From positions 3,232,001 through 3,296,000 of the forward strand of contig CAUVXB020000002.1 of NCBI GenBank assembly GCA_963555825.3: a DNA stretch of 64,000 nucleotides, read 5' to 3'. Below, in pieces: positions 29,026-39,231 of the stretch; the stretch's first letter is position 1, and each line of letters starts with the position of its first letter. The position numbers and the translations under genes are program-made. Source of the stretch: Alphaproteobacteria bacterium. Its GTDB lineage: Bacteria > Pseudomonadota > Alphaproteobacteria > JAAXGF01. Below the pieces are notes generated by a model, which saw nothing but the letters and a program-made list of their open reading frames with translations, did not search any database and had not been told where the DNA came from.

Positions 29026-31594
29026 TGTCAATGGCGGAGCAAAAAGGGACCACCTCGGCGGTGTAAGAAGGGACCACTTGGCGGCTGCGGGCTTGTCCCC
29101 TAGTCCATGGGAGGGCCCCGCGTGCGACGCGGCGTGCCCTCAACAGGCCGACGCGGCGGCGCGCGCGGGAGGGACCTGTGGGCCCACGGGGTCAAGCGTG
29201 GGTTGGGTGGTCGGTTCAGTTCGCCGTCGGGGTTTGACGCCTGCGGCTCTGGTTGAGCCTGTAGCTGTCACCGTTCATCTCGAGGATGTTGACGTGGTGG
29301 GTGAGGCGGTCGAGGAGCGCGCCGGTGAGGCGCTCGGAGCCGAACACCTCGGTCCATTCGTCGAAGGGCAGATTGGTGGTGACCAGGGTCGAGCCCCGCT
29401 CGTAGCGTTGGCTGAACACCTCGAACAACAGCTCGGCGCCGGTCTTCGACAGCGGCACGAAGCCGAGTTCGTCGACGATCAGAAGCTTGTAGGTGGCGAG
29501 CTTCTTCTGGAACCTCAGCAGCTGCTTGTCATCGCGGGCCTCGATGAGTTCGTGGACCAGCGCGGCGGCGGTGATGAAGCCGACCGAGAGGCCCTTCTGG
29601 CAGGCCGCCAGGCCGAGACCGAGGGCGATGTGGGTCTTGCCGGTCCCACTGTTGCCGAGCGCGATGAGGTTCTCGCGGCGCTCGATGTACTCGCAGCGGG
29701 CCAGCTCCAGGACCAGCGCCTTGTTGAGCGAGGGGATGACCTTGAAGTCGAAGCTGTCGAGGCTCTTGACCACGGGGAAGCGCGCCGCCTTGATGCGCCG
29801 CTCGACCATGCGGCGCTCGCGGTCGATCAGCTCGAGCTCGGCGAGTCTCAACAGGTAGCGGACGTGATCGACGCCTTCCGAGGCGCACTGCCGGGCGATC
29901 TTGTCGTACTCGCGCAGGAAGGTCGGCAGCTTCAGCGTCTTGAGGTGGTGGGCGAGCAGCACTTGCGGTGTGTCGGTCATGCGCCGAGCCCCGACAGCAG
30001 GCTCATGTACGACTTGGCGGACGTCATCGCGACCCGGGCGCGCGGCAGATACGGATAGACGTCGAGGTTGAGCCTGGGCGGCCGCCGCTCGATGCGGCAC
30101 AGTACCAGGTGCTTCACCGCATCAAAGCCGATTGCGCCGAGCCGCAGGGCGTCGCCGACCGCACCCTCGACCTCCTCGAGCCGGAAGGTCTCCAGTAGAC
30201 GGAGCACCTGGACGTACTCGCGCTTGCCTGCCTTGCCCATACGAGCTTCGAGGAGCCGCCGCAGAGTGATGAAGGCCTCGGGCAGGTCCCAGCCCGCCAA
30301 TGGCGCGGCCTGGTCGAGGGCGCCGATCTTCTGCTCGATCAAGGGCAGGTAATGCAGCGGGTCGAAGATCAGGTCCTCGCTGTCGTAGGACCGGCGGTGC
30401 CGGGCGATCACCTCGGCCCCGCAGCTGATCACCACCTCATCGACGTAGCCCCGGATGAGCACCTCACGGTGGCCGTAGGCCACGGGCACGGAATAGTCGT
30501 TGCTGCGGTAACGCACCAGCGACAGCGAACTCGCCCGTCCAGGGCGCTTATCGCAGGCATCATAGGGAGCAGGCGGCAATGGCAAGAGAACTTGACGATC
30601 CCGCTCGAGACGCTCGCCGATGGTCTCCTTGTGGCCCCGCAGCCGCGCCGCCTGGCGCCGGCGGCACTGTTCGGCGAGAGCATCGTTGAGGGCCGCGAAG
30701 CTCTCGGCACGCGGGACGGGGACCAGGAAGTTCCGCCGGATGAAGCCGACCAGTCCCTCGACCTTGCCCTTGTCGTTGCCCTTGCCCGGCCGGCCGAACC
30801 TGTCCTCGAACAGATAGTGGGACTGAAGCTCCGTGAAGACGCGCGTTCGCTGCCGCTTCCCATCGCCCAGGATGCGGGCAACCGCCAGCTTGGTGTTGTC
30901 GTACAGGATGGATCGGGGGACGCCGCCGAAGAAGGCAAACGCCGCGTTGTGGCCATCGCAGAATGCTTCGGTCGTCTCCGCCGGATAGGCCGCAACAAAG
31001 CAACCATCACTGTGGGGAAGGTCGAAGGCAAGGAAGTGGATCTTCCGTAACGCGCCGCCGATCACCGCCATCGCTTCGCCGAAGTCCGCCTGGGCGTGAC
31101 CGGGGGAATGGGAGAGTGGCACGAACACCTCACGCGACCGAAGCCCCTGCTCACGAACGTAGTCCTTCACGATGGTGTAGCCGCCCGTGAAACCGTACTC
31201 GTCCCGGAGGCGGTCGAAGATGCGCTTCGCAGTGTGCCGTTGCTTGCGGTGGCTGGTCCGATCGTCTTCCAAGATCCGATCGATGATTCCCGTGAACGGA
31301 CCCAGCTTTGGCCGCCTCGGCGGCGCGCTTCGGCGATACCCTGGCGGCACCGAGAACGACAGCATCTTACGGACCGTCTTGCGGTCTACACCAAACACCC
31401 GCGAGGCCTCGCGGGTGCTCATCCCCTCGACATGACACGCCCGCCGAACCCGTGCGTACAACTCCACCCGATACATCCCCCCCGCCTTCCAGTCAGAGCA
31501 ACCCTGACAGAAGGCTATACGCGGTCCCATTTTGGTCCGCCGCAGCCGGATCGACCGGCCGCTTCAGTGGGGGATTATTGCTCTGCCGTTCTCA
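29026..31594 (-). mobile_element. IS21-family element copy 2 (istA 29977-31476, istB 29216-29980)
   Basis: IstA and IstB identical to copy 1; same ends; no target duplication. Confidence 0.95.
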
Positions 31595-31890
31595 CGAATT
31601 CGTGTCGTTCCACCTTGCCCGGTCGCATGGGCAGGTCGGGGGACACCCTCTCAAGCGTCTGGATGCCGGTCATTTCGTCAATCGATACCCACATCCCCAC
31701 AGGCTCAACAACAACAGCAGCAGGATGTGATAAACACGATTTTGGCAGCATGATCAGGAACCGGAATACACCTTAACTGCGCTGCCAAGCTGTCCAACAA
31801 TGTGGGACCAGATCAGGTCAGCACTCTCTACATCGCCGAAACGCACAAGCCTGCGTCAGGCCAAAACGGTACGGCACGCGCGTTCAGAGT

Positions 31891-32262
31891 CTATGTCGGA
31901 TCGCCTTCGCCAAATTCCCAATAGTCGTCAATCGACGGGATTTGCGTTTCCGTATCATCGTGAAATCCGACATCGGCGAAGAGATCATCGAACGAAATAG
32001 CCACGTCCAGCGGCGGCAACTCGTTCTTCAATATGGTTTCTACGATGTTTTTCTCGGCACTGTTTTCGTCGTATTTGACCGGCGAGCGATGGTGAACGAA
32101 CCTGTCGTCGACAGAATTAGGCGCACGAAACCGGACGTATTCGCTTTCATCGTCGATCGATAGGGAAATCAGGAAATGCGCTGCAGACAGAGCGTCCTTG
32201 GCCTGTAGCAATACATAGTGACGCGGTCTAACCCTCTTTAATTTCCAGTTGCGGGCCGGCAC
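31891..32262 (-). CDS. Hypothetical protein, possibly a fragment
   Basis: 123-aa ORF with natural-looking composition downstream of the sulfatase. Confidence 0.35.
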   Translation of the reverse strand: MPARNWKLKRVRPRHYVLLQAKDALSAAHFLISLSIDDESEYVRFRAPNSVDDRFVHHRSPVKYDENSAEKNIVETILKNELPPLDVAISFDDLFADVGFHDDTETQIPSIDDYWEFGEGDPT

Positions 32263-32280
32263 GGCGCTACCATCAGTCTC

Positions 32281-33876
32281 CTAATCTGCGACGGTTTCTT
32301 GTCTTCGCCGGCGCGGCGGGCGGCGTTCGACCATGCCGCCCGGCCCGAGCCGCATGTTGGCGAGGGTCCGTTCGTCATGGTTCATGCGCCAACTCAACAT
32401 TTTTTGCGCGTATTCGAGCACCAGTCCGTGATAGTTGGGATCACCGGCGAGATTGTGAAATTCGTGGGGATCATTTTCCAGATCGAAAAAGAGCGGTGGC
32501 AGGCCGGTAAAATGGACGTATTTGTAACGCCTGTCCCGGATCAGATTAGCGGTGCATTGATCGGGAGTCAGTCCCAATTCTCGGCCATCGTCAGGTCCTG
32601 GAAAATGGCGAAAATCAAACTCCGCATGCGCCTCCGTGCGCCAATTCTGGACGTCCTGACCCTGACAGAAGGGGAGCAGCGGCTCGCCGTCGCAGGCGAC
32701 GGGGACCTCGAGGCCAAGCCACTCCAGGATCGTCGGCATGAGATCGATATTTTCACTGAAGGCGTCGATCGTCTTGCCACGGCCCGGGTCGCTCGTTGCT
32801 CTCGGATCACGGATGATCAGGGGAATGAAGTAGGTCTGCTCGTAGTAGCTGAATTTCGCCATCATCCAATGGTCGCCCAACTGTTCGCCGTGGTCCGAGG
32901 TGAAGACGATAAGGGTTCGCTCCCAAGCCCCGCTCTCTTTTAGGTGCGCGATCAATCTGCCGATCTGCGCGTCGACCTCTGTCATCATGGCGTAATAGGT
33001 CGCCTTGATCTGGCGGATTTCGCGTTCGTCAAGGTCAAGATATTCCTTGAGGGAGGCGCCATGGGTATAGGGCGAGTCCAGTTGGTTCGAGAGGTAAAAG
33101 CGGGCCCAGGGATGCTGCATGGCCTCTTCCTCGGGCGTCGCATGGCGAACCGGCAGCGGCACCTCGGCGGCATCGTAGAGAGCATTGTAGGGTTCTGGCA
33201 CGATAAAGGGCGGATGCGGCGACCGATAGGAGATGTGGACGAACCAGGGTGTCGTGTCGCGAGCCGAGATATAGGCCATCGCCTCGTCGGTCAGAAAGGC
33301 CGAACCGCTGTCTTCCGCCCGGTACCACGTCGGCGCGAAGGTGCGGCCTCGCGCCGGATCGATGCCCTCCCTGTTGGGCCGAAAAAGCGCTCGAGGATCG
33401 TCTTCGACCTCATACCCCCGTTGCCGCAACGCTTCGATCCACGGCAGGAAGTCGGCGTCCATACGGACCACTGGCGCCATTCCCGGCAACAATCCGGTTC
33501 GAGTTCTGAGTTCGGGATCGTCCGTTTCCCGGCCCCGCGGGTCCGCGCTGATATCGGTATAGCCGAAAAGGGCGGGATCGTAGCCAGCTTTGCGGGCCTC
33601 GCGCGCAATATTGGCGTGGCGGTCATCGAGCGGCGTGCCGTTCATCACCGAGCGATGATTGTGCAGATAGAGGCCTGTGTAGAGGCTCGCGCGCGCCGGC
33701 CCACACGATGTCGCCTGCGAGTAGTGACGGCGAAATAAGGTGCCTTCGGCCGCCAACAGGTCCAGATGCGGCGTTTTCACGACCGGATGGCCGAGGGCGG
33801 AGAGGCATTCGCCCCGCCACTGATCTGCGGTAATGAAAAGCACGTTTTCCGTCGTCTTCTCGGTCTTCTCGTTCAT
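32281..33876 (-). CDS. Alkaline-phosphatase superfamily sulfatase / phosphonate monoester hydrolase
   Basis: NVLFITADQWR, formylglycine motif CGPAR, NGTPLDDRH, PHPP, TSDHGEQLGDH. Confidence 0.9.
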   Translation of the reverse strand: MNEKTEKTTENVLFITADQWRGECLSALGHPVVKTPHLDLLAAEGTLFRRHYSQATSCGPARASLYTGLYLHNHRSVMNGTPLDDRHANIAREARKAGYDPALFGYTDISADPRGRETDDPELRTRTGLLPGMAPVVRMDADFLPWIEALRQRGYEVEDDPRALFRPNREGIDPARGRTFAPTWYRAEDSGSAFLTDEAMAYISARDTTPWFVHISYRSPHPPFIVPEPYNALYDAAEVPLPVRHATPEEEAMQHPWARFYLSNQLDSPYTHGASLKEYLDLDEREIRQIKATYYAMMTEVDAQIGRLIAHLKESGAWERTLIVFTSDHGEQLGDHWMMAKFSYYEQTYFIPLIIRDPRATSDPGRGKTIDAFSENIDLMPTILEWLGLEVPVACDGEPLLPFCQGQDVQNWRTEAHAEFDFRHFPGPDDGRELGLTPDQCTANLIRDRRYKYVHFTGLPPLFFDLENDPHEFHNLAGDPNYHGLVLEYAQKMLSWRMNHDERTLANMRLGPGGMVERRPPRRRRQETVAD

Positions 33877-33910
33877 CTCAAACCCACGGCCTATGGCGCA
33901 GTCGGTGCAC

Positions 33911-34949
33911 TATAACGCGTAATACCAACGGCGCAAAATTCTGACTCGCAAGGGATTCCCTTTTTGGGCTGGATGTGATTCAAGGCTGGCGAAGGAGATT
34001 CGCCATGTCAGTATGCATTGCTCTTCGGGACGACTACGACAGCATTGAGCTCCGGTGTTTGGCCAAGCACAGTCGCGATCCCCGCCAAGTTCGCCGGCTT
34101 TTGGCCTTGGCGGCGGTTTACGACGGCATGAGCCGAGCGGAAGCCGCTAAGGTCGGCGGCATGGATCGCCAGACGCTGAGAGACTGGGCGCACCGCTTCA
34201 ACGATGAAGGGGCAGACGGCTTGAAGAACCGTCCCGGTGCGGGCCGCCCCCGGCTCTTGACCGACGAGCAGATGGGCGAACTGTCGGTGATCGTCGAAAC
34301 GGGCCCCGATCCAGAGATTGACGGTGTGGTTCGCTGGCGGCGGGTTGACCTGAAACGGGTGATCGAAGAACGCTTTGGCGTGATCTATAGCGAGCGGGCG
34401 ATCTCCGACCTTCTCGTCGCGCTGTCCTTCTCCCACATCAGCGCCCGGCCGCAGCACCCCAAGCAGGACCAGCGGGTGATCGAGGCGTTCAAAAAAACTT
34501 CCCCCGCACGCTCGCTGCCCACCTAGCCGGTCTGCCCAAGACCAAGCGGGTCGAGATCTGGTTCCAAGACGAGGCCAGGCTGGGACAGAAGAACGGGCGT
34601 GTGCGCATTTGGGCGAAGAAGGGAACAAGGCCACGCCTGCCCGCCGATCAGCGCTACACGAACGCCTACCTCTTTGGCGCAATCTGTCCCATGGGAGCCA
34701 AGGGTGCCGCTCTCATGCTCCCCTTCGCCAACACAGCCGCCATGCAGATGCATCTCGACGAGATCAGCTGCAACGTCGCCGCCAAGGCCCATGGCGTCGT
34801 CCTGATGGACCGCGCCGGGTGGCACAGCACCGACCAGCTCAAGGTCCCCAAGAACCTCACCATCATCCTGCTGCCATCGCGCTCGCCCGAGCTGAACCCG
34901 GTCGAGAACATCTGGCAATACCTCCGCCAGAATTGGCTCTCTAACCGCG
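33911..34949 (+). mobile_element. IS630-family element, 3' end cut by the next IS
   Basis: ORF-A from 34005 (HTH, SHISARPQHP), A7C slippery site near 34491, ORF-B WFQDEAR...MDRAGWH...SPELNPVENIW. Confidence 0.88.
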
Positions 34950-36287
34950 TGTGGCTCCCATAAATCCTATCTGCCGCAGAAATCCTAGTATTCCCGGCTT
35001 GTGCCGGATAGCGTCTCCGACATGTGCACGACCATTCGAATTGTCCTTGCCATGGTCCGTGAGGCTTTCCTCAGCCGCGCGGCGTTGCATCTTGAGAACC
35101 TTGCCCTGCGACAGCAGCTTGCCGCCTTAGATCGGAAAGGAGCCAGGCCATCGCTTCGGATGGCCGATCGCCTTTTCTGGGTCGTCCTGTCTCGGCTGTG
35201 GTCGGGTTGGAGGGAGATCCTGGTGATCGTCAAGCCGGAGACGGTTATCGGCTGGCATCGAAAGGGCTTCCGACGTTTCTGGACCCGGAAGTCGCGACGG
35301 GGGAAGCCGGGACGACCGCCCGTGTCGAGCGAATTCCGAGGGCTTATCCGCCGGATGTCTCGGGAGAATCCGTTGTGGGGCGCTCCCCGAATCCACGGTG
35401 AGCTCAGGATGCTCGGCTTCGAGGTCTCCGAGGCGGCCGTGTCCAAGTACATGCCGCGCCATCCAAAGCCACCTTCGCAGACATGGCGGACGTTCCTCGA
35501 GAACCACGTCGGGTGCCTAGCGTCGACCGACTTCTTCGTCGTACCCACCGCGACGTTCAGTCTTCTATTCGTGCTCGTTGTGCTGCGGCACGAGCGTCGG
35601 CGGATTGTTCACATCGGCACCACGGCACACCCGACTGCGGCGTGGGTCGCGCAACAGATCCGGGAGGCCTTTCCGTGGGAGACAGCACCACGGTATATGA
35701 TCCGAGATCGGGATCGTGTGTACGGTATTGCCTTTCGTTCGCGGATAAAGGCGATGGGCATCGAAGAGGTCGTGACGGCGCCGCGATCGCCGTGGCAGTC
35801 GCCGTACGTTGAGCGCGTGATCGGGTCCATCAGGCGAGAGTGTCTGGATCACGTGATCGTTCTAAACGAACGGCATCTGCGGGCGATACTCTTGTCGTAC
35901 ATCGACTACTACCAGCGATCCCGCACGCACCTGGCGCTAGGCAAGGATACCCCTGAACGGCGATCGGTTCAGCCGGCTGGCGCCGGGAAGATCGTGGCGT
36001 TTCCACAGGTCGGCGGGCTGCATCATCGGTACCAGCGGTTGGCGGCCTGACTGGCACCGGCTATCGTATAATCGGCTTGCGGCGATGATTCTGACGCCGT
36101 CGGGGTCGCCGTAACCTCAGCAATCCGTCTTACTATGGCAAGGCCCCCCAAGCCGGTTGCCGATCGATGTGGGCGTCGTTTCCGAAGATGACTATGCCCG
36201 CCTCACAGCGAAGATGGTGCCATCACCAGTGCCGGCGGACCGGTCGGCGTTCTTGATGCACCCCGGATGAGATAAATGGGAGGCACA
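34950..36287 (+). mobile_element. IS with rve integrase-core transposase (IS481/IS3-like)
   Basis: Ends tgtggctcccataaatc / gataaatgggaggcaca; no target duplication. Confidence 0.85.
35001..36050 (+). CDS. Integrase-core (rve) transposase
   Basis: ENPLWGAPRIHGEL, DFFVV, IRDRD, PWQSPYVERVIG, GGLHHRY. Confidence 0.9.
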   Translation: MPDSVSDMCTTIRIVLAMVREAFLSRAALHLENLALRQQLAALDRKGARPSLRMADRLFWVVLSRLWSGWREILVIVKPETVIGWHRKGFRRFWTRKSRRGKPGRPPVSSEFRGLIRRMSRENPLWGAPRIHGELRMLGFEVSEAAVSKYMPRHPKPPSQTWRTFLENHVGCLASTDFFVVPTATFSLLFVLVVLRHERRRIVHIGTTAHPTAAWVAQQIREAFPWETAPRYMIRDRDRVYGIAFRSRIKAMGIEEVVTAPRSPWQSPYVERVIGSIRRECLDHVIVLNERHLRAILLSYIDYYQRSRTHLALGKDTPERRSVQPAGAGKIVAFPQVGGLHHRYQRLAA

Positions 36288-36381
36288 CCCAGTGACGGCG
36301 CATGGCATGAGATTGATCCTCCCCGTTGGAGGCATCAACACACAGCAGCAACCCGGCGCCCGTCGTTGATGCGCTCAGACC

Positions 36382-39034
36382 TCAAAGCGCTCGTGTCCGT
36401 GCACCACTGTCTTGGAACAAGTTGAAGACAAACGCCTGAACAGTGACACGTCGCCCCTCATTCTCGGCGCTACGCATCTGCACCCCCATTCATTCCCCGG
36501 CTTCGGAACAAGCCTCGTCACGCAGGAACAGTGGATGAGCGCGAAGCGTCTCGGGCACTACGTTGAGGATATTCGTGAAGTCCTTGTTCTTCACGTTGAA
36601 CATGATCAAAGCGGCTTTACTGTCACGCCAAGTCAGGTAGCCGAGAAGCTGGTGAGCTATAGCTGAATCTTGGTGATGGAGAATGAAGGCGGCGTATCCT
36701 GGCGTTGATGAAGACGCCAATTTTCCGAAGAAAGGGATACGCCATGAAAGACGATACAGTTGTTGCGTTGCGCCAGCCAGAGTCATTTTCCGACGATCCG
36801 CTGACGGAGATATTGCGCGCCGGCGCCCGGCAGTTGCTTGGCCAGGCGATTGAAGCGGAAGTTGCCGCCCATATTGAAGCCCATGCCGATTTGACCGACG
36901 CTTCGGGCCGGCGCCGTATTGTCCGTCACGGGCACATGCCGGAACGCGAGGTTCAGACCGGGATCGGAGCTGTGACGGTGAAGCGGCCAAGAGTGCGAGA
37001 CCGAGATCCACAGGCCACGGGCGGGCGCATCCGTTTCACGTCATCGATCCTGCCGCCTTATCTCAGGCGCGCCAAGTCGGTCGAGGCGCTTCTGCCCTGG
37101 CTTTATCTGAAGGGCATCTCCAGCGGCGACTTTTCGGAGGCCCTGGCGGCGCTGCTGGGACCGGACGCGCCGGGCCTGACGGCCAGCACCATTGGCCGGC
37201 TGAAAGCGGTCTGGTGGGACGAATACGAAGCCTGGCAAAAGCGCGACCTTTCGGCTCGGCGCTACGTCTATTTTTGGGCCGACGGGGTCTACTTCTCGCC
37301 TCGCATGGACCATGACAAACAGTGTGTTCTGGTGATCATCGGCGCCGACGCCATGGGCAACAAGGACATCGTCGGCATGGTCGACGGTTATCGAGAGAGC
37401 GCGCAAAGCTGGAAGGAACTGCTGCTTGATCTCAAGCGCCGGGGCTTGGAGACCGGCCCCGAGTTGGCCGTCGGCGACGGCGCCTTGGGCTTCTGGAAGG
37501 CGCTACGCGAGGTTTACGGAGAGACCAGGGTGCAGCGTTGCTGGGTCCACAAGACCGCCAACGTGCTCAACCAGATGCCCAAATCCCTGCAGGCCAAAGC
37601 CAAGGGCCATCTGCACGACATCTGGATGGCCGAGACTAGGGCCGACGCCGAAGCCGCCTTCGACTTCTTCATCGCAGCCTACGGCGCAAAATACCACAAG
37701 GCCGCAGAGCGCCTGGTCAAGGACCGTGAACGCCTGCTGAGCTTCTACGACTTCCCGGCCGAGCACTGGAAGCACATCCGCACCACCAACCCCATCGAAA
37801 GCACCTTCGCCACGGTGCGCCTGAGGACCGTCAAGACCAAGGGGTGCCTGAGCCGCAAGACGGCGCTCGCCATGGCCTTCAAACTGATCTTGAGTGCCAG
37901 GCGGAAATGGCGGAAGCTGGACGGATCAAATCAACTCGCCGAACTCGTCGAAGGAGTGCCGTTCAAGGACGGAATCAAGATAACCAAACACGCCGCCTGA
38001 TAGCTCCGTCACCAACTTTCGGACATAGCTCGAAGCTGGTCCATCGCTGCAGTGAGACCCGCTGCACCTGTCCACAGCTTGCACTCCCCCACGAAGGCAG
38101 CGCGATTGTCCTGCTCGATGCAGATGTCTGTCTTGCCTTTACCTCGAAACGCCTCGCCCACGGCATCACCATGAAAGTGCCCGTTCAACTGCGCCAGTAT
38201 GATGTTGCGCAAGTCTTCTTCACCGTGCACGGCATAGGTGCTGGGCGTCCGCTCGAACGTGCGTCCTTGGTGTCGAATGAACTGAAGGTTATGCCCGTAG
38301 GTCTCGTCTGTGATCCCCGGCTCTGGCGCAAGACCCGACTTAGGTACCTGGGGCAAAGCCGGAGGACGTCGGATTTCCACCTTCACTGGCTCAATGGAAG
38401 GTACGCCAGGTTGTGTGGCCAACGGTATGTCGAGCAAAGCCGCGATGTTATTATGACGTCCAATTCGGTCGCGACGATGATTGACCGACTGCTGCACTAA
38501 GTTGGGTAGACTCTCGTTATAGACAACTACCTGCTTGTGCGAGTGATCCACGTACTCACGGATCAGATTCAACTCCCGCTCGTAAATCGACTTGAACTTG
38601 GCGGAGTCGGCGTCGTGCGGCTGTGAAATAGAGAGGCGCAACTGACCCCGTCGGACTTCTGCTCGCGGGAATACTGAGGACCACGGGTTGGTCCGATACC
38701 GAAATATCCACTCCTCCCCCTTGAAGGGAATGTCGATATCCACGCGGGTTCCCGGAATATAAAATGGGCTACTGCGATCAGGTATAAACATCCGCATAGA
38801 ATCGCCGGAAACATCCACCTGCGTCTCGTTCTGACTCATGATCGTCGCGTCTTCGCAAAGAACAAGTGGCTCTGCCGTCAATCCAGCGACCACATGGTCG
38901 ACCAATTCCTGATCGTTTGAGATCAGGAATTGATCTTTCGGTATCCGGTTAACAGCTTCAGGAACAGTTTCCTGCCGTCCTCGAAGCTGCGCGTCCAAGT
39001 CTTCTTCAAAGAATAGCAAATTTCGGTCTCTCAT
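36382..39034 (-). pseudogene. PD-(D/E)xK-like nuclease-domain protein split by IS256, with a further in-frame stop
   Basis: GKTDICIE...FVGECKLW; rejoined frame AMDQL-LGYLTWRDSKAALIMF...GE*MGVQMRSAENEGRRVTVQAFVFNLF. Confidence 0.7.
36654..38031 (+). mobile_element. IS256-family element (transposase 36744-38000) with 9-bp target duplication
   Basis: IRs gagctatagctgaatcttggtga / tcaccaactttcggacatagctc; gaagctggt at 36645-36653 and 38032-38040; YFWADGVY, VGDGALG, TTNPIES. Confidence 0.95.
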
Positions 39035-39108
39035 GATTGCTATATACCATATCCGGTATTTCGCCTGCCAATAGATTCGCGCGCACCTAAGAGTGATTTC
39101 CCCCTACC

Positions 39109-39231
39109 TAGTGTCCTGATTCCAAAGTTCGTACCGTTATGATGTTGCGGCTGCAGCGGTTTCGAGGGTCCTGAGGCAGAAGCGCTTGATGGACGCCAGG
39201 ATCTCATCGGCTGTCTTGTGCCAGCGGAAGG
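39109..39231 (-). mobile_element. 3' remnant of an IS630-family element
   Basis: FRWHKTADEILASIKRFC...* followed by ggaatcaggacactag; cut by IS21 copy 3. Confidence 0.7.
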
